DNA from: a virus
Direction: 5' to 3' (one strand)
Length of the DNA stretch: 64,000 bases
IMG/VR virus record: IMGVR_UViG_3300028394_000034
The notes below the pieces were generated by a model that saw only the letters and a program-made list of their open reading frames with translations, ran no database searches and was not told where the DNA came from. Both the position numbers and the translations under genes were made by a program. Shown here piece after piece: positions 18,072 to 27,100 of this stretch (positions are counted from its first letter, which is position 1; the number at the start of each line of letters is the position of its first letter).

Positions 18072-18111
18072 AGTCCCCAGGTATAGAAAATATGCTTGGG
18101 GATTTTCTTTT
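18072..18111 (+). terminator. Rho-independent terminator between chaperone and TMP
   Basis: TCCCCAGGTATA-GAAAA-TATGCTTGGGGA 12-bp stem (two G-U pairs) followed by TTTTCTTTT. Confidence 0.7.
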
Positions 18112-18132
18112 GGCTACATACTAGGATAAAAT

Positions 18133-21100
18133 ATGGCATCAGCATTTAACTTAACAGCTCAATTAAATCTACGAGGTCCATCTAATGTTAGTGCTATTGT
18201 ATCTAATATTAGAAGACAGCTTGGTACCATTAGTGCAAATGTTAATGTAAATATTAATCCAACAACAACCAGAAATGTAGCACAGCTTAGTGCCTCTTTA
18301 AATAATCTTAATAGAACATTTGGAACTACCACGACATCAGCTAATAATGCTGCAAGAGCACTACAAAATTTTGGCAATTCTGTTGCTCAATTTAGTAATA
18401 ATATCCGCAATGTTCCTCAACAAATCAATAATACTACCAGTTCAATTGCAAGATTAAATGCTGCTATGACTTCCTCTAGAGCCACCTCGGCGGCTGCTGG
18501 AACAGAAATGCAAGAGTTCGGTAGACAAGCAGGATTAGCCGCCAGAAGATTTGCTGCTATTTCAACGGTAACAAGTGTTATCTTTGGATTAACTAGCGCT
18601 ATTAAAGCAGGTGTTCAAGCCTTTATTGACTATGATAGAGAGTTCATTAAGCTGCAACAGGTTACTGGTGAATCTGCTGCTGGACTAAAGGGCCTTAGTG
18701 ATACTATTGGTAGTTTATCTACTAGTCTTGGAGTATCATCTAAAGAATTAGTAGACGTATCTAGTACTTTAGCTCAGGCTGGTTTAAGTGCAAGAGATAC
18801 AGAGAAAGCATTAAAGGCTTTAGCATTAAGTGCATTAGCTCCATCCTTCGATGATATGAATAAAACGGTAGAAGGATCTATTGCTTTGATGAGACAGTTC
18901 GGAATTAGTGCTGGAGATTTAGATAAAGCTTTAGGTTCGGTTAATGCTGTTGCTGCTAAGTTTGCTGTTGAAGCTAGTGATATTATTACTGCCATTCAGC
19001 GTACTGGTGGTGTGTTCGCTACTGCAAGTAAGGGAGTAAGTGAAGGAACAGATGCTTTAAATGAATTTATTTCAGTATTTACTAGCGTAAGAGCAACAAC
19101 TCGTGAAAGCGCTGAAACAATTGCTACCGGTTTAAGAACAATCTTTACCAGAATTCAAAGAGGAGATACAATAGAGGCCCTTAAAGAGTATGGTGTTAAT
19201 TTACAAGATCTAGATGGTAAATTCGTTGGGGCATTTAAGGCTGTTCAGCTTTTAAGTCAGGGATTAAGTAAATTAGATCCTAGAGATTTAAGTTTCTCAA
19301 AAATTGTTGAAGAGCTTGGTGGATTCAGACAGATCGGTAAGGTTATTCCATTAATTCAGCAGTTTGCCACAGCACAAGACGCATTAAAGGTTGCACAAGC
19401 TGGACAAGGCTCGTTAGCCGCCGACGCTGCAAAAGCACAACAATCTTTAGCAAATCAGATTAGTAAAGTTCGAGAAGAATTTTTATCATTGTTTAGAGAG
19501 ATTGGTAGCTCTGACGGTTTTCAAACTATTATTAAAGGAGCATTAACATTAACTAGTACTTTAATTAAAGTAGCAGATAGTGTTAAGGGAATTTTACCCG
19601 CTCTTGCAGCTATGTTGGCTTTTAAAGGAGCTTCTTCATTAGTTCAGTTCGGTGCAGGCTTTGTTGGAGCAGTAAGAGGACAAAGAAGAGCAGAGGGTGG
19701 TACTATCAGAAGATATGCTGCTGGTGGACATGTTCCTGGTTCTGGAGATGGAGATACTGTTCCTGCAATGTTAACTCCTGGCGAATTTGTCATGAGAAAA
19801 CAAGCTGTTCGCAGTATTGGAGTAAATAATCTTCATAGTTTAAATAGGAATGGTGGAGGACTAATACAAAGATTTGCTAATGCTGGAGAAGTATCTGATT
19901 TATCTAAGACAGAAAGGACACACATAGGACCAAAGATCCAGATATCTGCAAAAGAAGCAAAAGAAGCTAGAACTTATGGATACAAACAGGCATATGCATC
20001 TTTAGGAGTAGAAAGACAAATTGATTTTAAGCCTCATCTTCCAGCTGAATGGAATCAAAGATGGAGAAGAATTGGCTCAGGAGAACCAGTCCCGTCTAAA
20101 GATATTATAGACTATGTAGCCTCAAGAACTCCTCCTCAATTATTCGGTAATCAAGGGATCCCTCTGAGACTATATCAAAAACTATCAAGTATAAATAAGC
20201 TATCATCACTTAAACAAACTTTTTTAACTGGTTTGTCTAAACTTCCACCGACGGTATCAAAAGATCCACAATTAGATTTTATTTTACCGCAGTATATTAA
20301 ACCATTTTTAGAATCACTAGATTTATGGGGACAATTATCTAAATCACAGACACTAAGCGTTCCAAAAGAATTCTCTGGAGTTAGTGTTTTTGATAGATTA
20401 AGAATGAAAGGTGTTCCAAGAGAAAAAAGACGAACTACAACTAAGGTACGATCTGCTTTGGCAGAAAAATTTGGTGATACCTTTGCTGATGGTGGTTCGG
20501 TTCGTAAATTCGTTGATGCTGGTATGGTGACACCAACATCAGGCAGAGCAGCTACTTCTACTGATATCTTCAGAGTTCTTACTCTAGATGAAGTTATTAA
20601 AGATACTGGATCAAATCCTGGAGATATACAAAGAATATTAAAGAAAAGAAATGCACTAAGTCCATCAGAACAAGCTATCAAAGATAAAATTTTAGCAAAA
20701 TACACAGAGAAAACTTCTGGTATTAAAAAAGCAAATAATCTTGATATAGAAAAAGCAACTACAGAGGGTCTTTTGTTCGGAGCTGCTGGGTTTAAGGGCA
20801 AAGCTTTTGCTACAACTCCAAGAATAGATATTCCAGGACTACAAAATCCAGTTAAAGTTAGAATTACTAGTGGTGTTTTAGATTCTGAAATGTCAAAGAA
20901 GCTATTAAAGAAGATGAGTGGTGGACTAAATGACATAGCAAATAAAGCCTCAAGAAATATGATGATCAAGGATATCTTGAAGCAAACTGGTCCAATATAT
21001 GCTGATTTTGATAGAACATTAGCTTTCGGTGCTGACAAGATTTTAGCAGATCCAAGAAAACCCAAATATAGTGAGTTCTCTGATAGAAATAAAGTTCAGG

Positions 21101-24100
21101 GAGCCCTAGGAAAAGCCAAACTTAGTGCTCTAGGAGCAGCTATTGTTAGTACAATAAAACAAGCTCCGGAGTTTGCCAATAACCTAAATATTATTTCTGC
21201 TAGACCACAATCTACTATGGATTTGGTGGCCGGATGGTTAGCCCAAAAGGGTATTCCAATTCCTCTTAGTAGAATTAAGGGTGTTGGTGGAGAGAATGTC
21301 ACAGCAGAACAAATTGCCGTTCTCAAAGCAGACTTGATGAATCCAGAGGGAGCTTTTGTTGACGACGATGATAGAAATGTTGCAGAAGCTGAGAAGAGAG
21401 GTATTCGATCATATCTATATAAAAAGAAAAATGTTGGATCGGTATCAAGAAAGAAGCTTGGAGAAGCGAATGCACAAGGTTATTTAGCTGAGAGAATTAT
21501 TCACGAGCTAGGTGGTCCAATAGCTAATAAGGCCACAACAAACTACGGCATAGACTTTCCAGATGGCCTACAAAGTGCTGCTAAATACTTTAATCTTCCT
21601 TCAAATATTCCAACAGACGCTAAATTAACTCTTAATGGCCCAGCAGAACTAAAGGGTCAGATTGGCAATTATCTTAAAGCCAGAGGCTATGCATCAGGTG
21701 GACATGTTCAAGCTATGGTTTCTGCTGGCGAAGCTTTTGTTCCACCAGAAGAAGCAAGGCAAATAGGATATGGCAAATTAAATCGAATGAATCAAGCAGA
21801 TCGTAATGGAATGGGTTCATTTTCGTCCGGAGGCATTAGTGTTTTTAAAGGACCAGGAACAGGAACTAGTGATAGTATCGGACCAGTATCTTTACCAGTA
21901 GGTGGTTTTGTCCTTCGTGAAAAAGCAACAAAGGCTTTAGGTTTACGTTCTGGTGGTTCTGTTGGAGGAGTTAAAAGATTTCTCACTGGAGGAACAATAG
22001 AAGACGCTTCTGATGCGCTAGTTAATGCTAATAATAGAGCTATAAGACCAAGCGTTAGAAGTTTAGATAGTCGTTTAAATATTCCAACAGCACAATTAAA
22101 TGAACTAGGAGCTGCTTTAAGAGCAAGTGGAGTTCAGATGACTCAATTTGCTCAATTAGCAAGTAGAGGAGGAGATGTCTCTGTAGCTGCTGCAAAAAGA
22201 GCAATAGAAGCAGATATTAGACATTCTGCCTCTCTTGGAACAGCAACAGTATCTACAACAGCACTTACAGCAGCTAGAGAAGTATTAACTAGAGTTCAAA
22301 GTGTAGAGGCAGCTTCTGCTGAAAATGTTTCAAGAACAAGACAATCGATAGTTGCTCAAAGATTTCAAAATATAGGAAATACTGTTTCAAACGTCCCTGT
22401 TGTTGGAGGTGCAGTTCGAGGATTAGGTCGTGTTGGAAATGGATTAAACGGTCAAGGAGGATTTATTGCTTCTATGGCAGTAGGAGCTTTGGCTGGACAA
22501 GGGGAAAATATTTTTGGTAAAAAAGACTCAAGCGAAGGAGCAGCTAGAAGTAATGCCAAGCTTGAATCAGGAGCTACTGCATTATCAACAGGATTAGGTT
22601 TAGCTAGTTCAGTAGCTATGATTCCTGGTGTAGGCCCAGCATTAGCTGGAACCATAGCAATAGGAACAGCATTAGCAGTCGCTGCTGATTCTGTTTATGA
22701 CTTCTCAGGAACAGCACAGAAAGCTAGTCAAGAATTTAAACAAGGAAAAAGAACTAAAAATATAGAAGATCTTGGAGAGAGAGTTGGTAAGTCTATGGAG
22801 GCTTATCAAAAAAATCCAAGTGGAGCTAAAGAAAGAGCAGCCCTTATATCTGATTCATTACAACAAAGTAGAGCAATATCAAATGACTCTACAGAAAGAG
22901 TTAAAGACCTAAAAGCTTCAAGAGCACCGAATATCTTCCAAAGAGGACTAATAGGTCTCGGACTATCTTCTGCTAAAGGGATTGGCAATGAAGATTTAAT
23001 GCAGATCTCAAAAGAGAGTGCCAAAAAAGCAGAACCCGCTGCTGATGCTGCTAGAAAAATAATCGAACAAAGAGTAGATTCTGGAGAAAAATTATCAGAT
23101 ATTACTAATCCAGCAAGCAAAGAGTTTCAACAATTAACAGAAATTATCGCCTCTGCTAATCCAGAATTTATTAATGCTAGAGATAGAATCATGGAGATGA
23201 GCGATGCTGCTGTCGCTACCACGGGAAAAACTAAAGAGGGATTAATTGCTGAAAGATTAAGAATTGAAGGAGCAAAAATTGCTAATGATGGCTATTTAAC
23301 AGCTAAGGAAAAAACAGCAGCAGCTGCTAAAGCTATGGAGGAGGCTGATAAGGCCGGACGTCAGCTTGCCCAAAGTTTCCAAAGAATGGTTAATACATTT
23401 AATCAGGCTTTAGGCAAGGTAACATTTAATTTGGAAAAAATGGAAAATGCTAGTCAAGCTAATATAGCAGCTCTTAATGGTAATGCAAAAGTTAGTCAGG
23501 TTGTTTCTAAGAACTTAAATGTACTATCTAATCCTAGAGCTTATTCTCAAAATGAAAGAAATACTGCATACGATAATGTTTCTGCTCCTTTTGGTCAAGA
23601 TAAAGATTCAGTAAGAAAGCTATTAAATTTAGATAGTGAGAATTTAGGATTCTCTGTTAGAAACAATATAAATTCATCTCTACAAGATAGGGCTGGACTA
23701 ACTCTTGATAAAGCAGCATCAAGTAGCAGAAAAAACCTAGAACAAGAAATATCAAATCTTCCAGAGATTGTTAGAAATGAAATTTTAGGTAAATTTGATG
23801 CTATTGCAGGAAAGGTTGCTTCTGATACTACTCCAGGTATGAGTGAACAAGATAAAGTAAATAAATTAGCAAACCTATTAGAAGAAGAACTAGGTAAAGC
23901 GGCCTCAGAATCTGCTCAAAATGTTAGAAATATGGCTATCGAGTTTGAGAAAGCCAGAGTGGGAGCTCTTAATAACTTTATAGATAGTATCAATAATGCA
24001 GCAGAAGCACAAAGAAAAGCACAGAAATCTATGGCTGATGCTAGAGAAACAAGAATTGCTGGAGGAGATGCTATTAATGAAGTTCTTGGTGGTGCTCCAA

Positions 24101-27100
24101 GATCAGTAGCAACTCTACAAGGAAGACAAAACTTTAATATTGGACAATTAACTGGAGGAATAACTGATCCAGTTAAGATTAGAGAAAACATAGAAAGAAA
24201 AAATGCACGAAGAAGCCAACTAGAAGAACAAAAACAACAATTAGCAGAAGCAAAAGGAAATAATGATCCTGGAGTTATACAGCTTAGTGGTCAAATTGCT
24301 GGACTAAATACTGAAATAGCTAATAGTAGTGATGCTCTTGGTCAATTAGCTAATAGTACAGAAATAGCAACAGCTGCTTTGAATAAAATCAAAGATATTC
24401 AACAGCAAATGTCTGCCCAGGGAGATTTCTTAGATCGACTAGCAACCTCAACTCCAGAAGAAGCAGATAAGCTAGCTAAAACTTTCCAAAGACTACAAAA
24501 TAATTTGGCTGGAGGATTTAATGACGCTAGAGGCTCGCAAGCTGCACAAGAAGCATATTCAAACGCATTGCAGTCTGGAAGTAGTCATGATCAGGCAAAA
24601 ATGGCAGGTGATGCTGTTCTTGCCCAAGAGAGAGCAGAAGTATTGTCTCTGTTTAAAGACCTAAAGCCATTATTGTCTCTCTCAGGTAAGTCTGATGCTC
24701 AAATTAATGCAATGCAAGGAACAGTACGACAAGGAGTTTATACTGAAAGTGGACTACTTAATAATCCTATGTTAGGAGGAATAGCTCAAGGACAAATAAA
24801 CTATGATAGAAACCCACTTAATAATCCCGCACTACGCCAAGCGGTCGCCGAACACGATGCCGCAATCGAGAATAGAGCAGTTGCTCAAGAACAAGAAGGA
24901 AAACTTCAACTTAAAGTTGCTTCTGAGACTATGGCCTCTGCCGCCGCCAAATTTGCAGAAGCAACCCAGAATTTTGCAAAAATATTTGAGGAAATGAGAA
25001 ATGGAGATAGAAAGGTTGAACCTCCACAAAGACCCGCGCCAGGACTACCAAGAGTAGCAAATGCTCCAGCAAAAGCAAAGGGAGGATTAATATATGCTAG
25101 TGAAGGCATGTTGGTTAATTTTAAACCAAAAGGTCCAGATGTTATTCCTGCAATGCTAGCTAAGAACGAATATGTAATTAATGCTAAAGATACTATGAGA
25201 AATCTTCCTTTATTAGAAGCTATTAATAGTGGAGAAAAAATACAATATGCATCTAAGGGAGGTAAAGTAGGATATCATGCTAATGGTGGTGGTCCAATTA
25301 GCGCCTCTCGTGAATTTGCTTTACTTGATAAAAACAAAGATGGAATTTTAAGCCTACAAGAAGCTGGCGAGTATATTAAATTTGACACTAATAAAGACAA
25401 AAGAATTACTATAAGCGAATTTAATTCTCAATTTATGGCAGACAAGGAGGAAGGAAATAGAGTTAATAGAGGTGTTTCTGTTCTTAGAAGCAAAGAACAT
25501 TCTAGAAATGAAGCATTTAGAAGAGGAGTATCAGAATCTCAAGTAAGATATGAAAGAAGAGCATTATTTGCTGAGAGTAAACCAGTTAAACCTAATGCTG
25601 CTACTAGACCAGGAATGGATCAAGCTCCACCAAAAGAAAATCCTGTAGATAATGTTCCTCCTGTTCCTAAGCCTTCACCATCTAGTTCTCCACGCGGAGC
25701 TGAAAGAGAAGATCCGGCAGTTACAGCAGCTAAGAGACAACAGAGGGAAATGGATGAAGTAAGAGAAATACAAAGAAAATGGCAGGAGGATCGTGTTCTG
25801 CCTAATGCTAGAGAAGAAGCATTATTAAAAAAATATGAACAGAGACAAAGAGAAGAATCATTAAGTGAAAATCGAAGTAAAAATGAAGAAGGAAGAGTTA
25901 TTGATCAAGGAGGAGCTCCAACAACAGAATGGGGAAGAAAATATAAAGCACAGCAAGATGCAAGAAGACAAAAAAGAGAAGAAAAACTAAGAGAAGAACA
26001 GAAAAAACAAGATGATGATATGGCAGCTAGAAGAAAAGCAACAGAAAAAGCTGCTGAAGCTGCAAATAACGATCCTGAGGTACAAAAAGAAAGAGCAGAA
26101 CGAGATGCTCGCTACAAAGCAGAAGCCGAAGCTGCAAAAGCAGATGCAGCCAAATGGGCAGCAGAGAATCCAGAAGAAGCTAATAAGCTTCTGAAAAGGA
26201 ATCCAGAAACTGGTTTGATAAGTCCAGCAGAAGACAGACCTACTACTGGAGACTCATATACAGATAGATTAAGATACAGAGCTGCTGCTGATGCTCTCTA
26301 TAAAAGAGAAGAAGAAAAGAAACTTCAAAAAGAAGCAGAGGATGCTGATAAAAAAGAAAAAGCTAGTCTTGAGTCTGCATTTAAGATGGGAGAAAAAATT
26401 TACGAGAGAGAGGAAGCAGAAAGAAAACAGAAAGTACAAGAAGCAAGAGATGCAGAAGAAGAAAGACAATATCTTGCAACTCCAGAAGGACAAGAAAGAG
26501 CAAGAAGAAGCCAGGAGCAAGTAGAGCAACAAAATCTTGAGGCTTTTAGAGCAAGAAAACAGAAAGAAAAAGATGATAATGAAGCGGAGCGTGCTCGTCG
26601 TGGAGGCGGATTAGGAGGAATGACACAAAAAGATGTTGATGATGCTAATAAAACATATCAAGAATATACAGATTATGCTGGGGCAGTAGCTGGAGGGTTT
26701 TTTGAGGGATTAACAAATAATCCAATGACAAGAGTTTTATCTGGTGTTGGTTCAGCAGGAAGATATGCTGTTCAAACAGGAGCGGTAGCATTAACTACAG
26801 CAGCATCCCGAGCTATTGATCAACAAGCTAGAACACAGGCTAATTATGGTAGTCTTGGATCTTCTTCTGATGATAAACCATTAGATATTAATGGTCCAGA
26901 ATACAGAGCATATTATGATAGTCTTGGTAAATTACAAGATGCTAGTGCGGCAGGATTACAAGCAGGAGTAGTTGAGACAGCAGGAGGATTAACATCATAT
27001 GTAGATAAAAAAACGGGTAATCAACTCCTAAATTATTCAGATAGACTTAATGCACAAAGACAAGGATTAGAAGATCAATATTTGGAAGGGGCTGATGAAA

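Noticed and set aside
17819-18124. +1-frame ORF overlapping the chaperone with CCC TTT T near 17917 as a G/GT-type frameshift
   Set aside because: Would end only about 27 codons past the normal stop, runs through the terminator hairpin, and is not a canonical -1 heptamer in the coding frame.
20175-21065. 296-aa antisense ORF within the TMP
   Set aside because: No recognisable motifs or RBS; consistent with codon-bias shadow of the sense gene.
24820-24960. Short GC-rich patch in the TMP as a possible RNA element or insertion
   Set aside because: Stays in frame encoding an ordinary Ala-rich helix; no convincing hairpin or flanking repeats.
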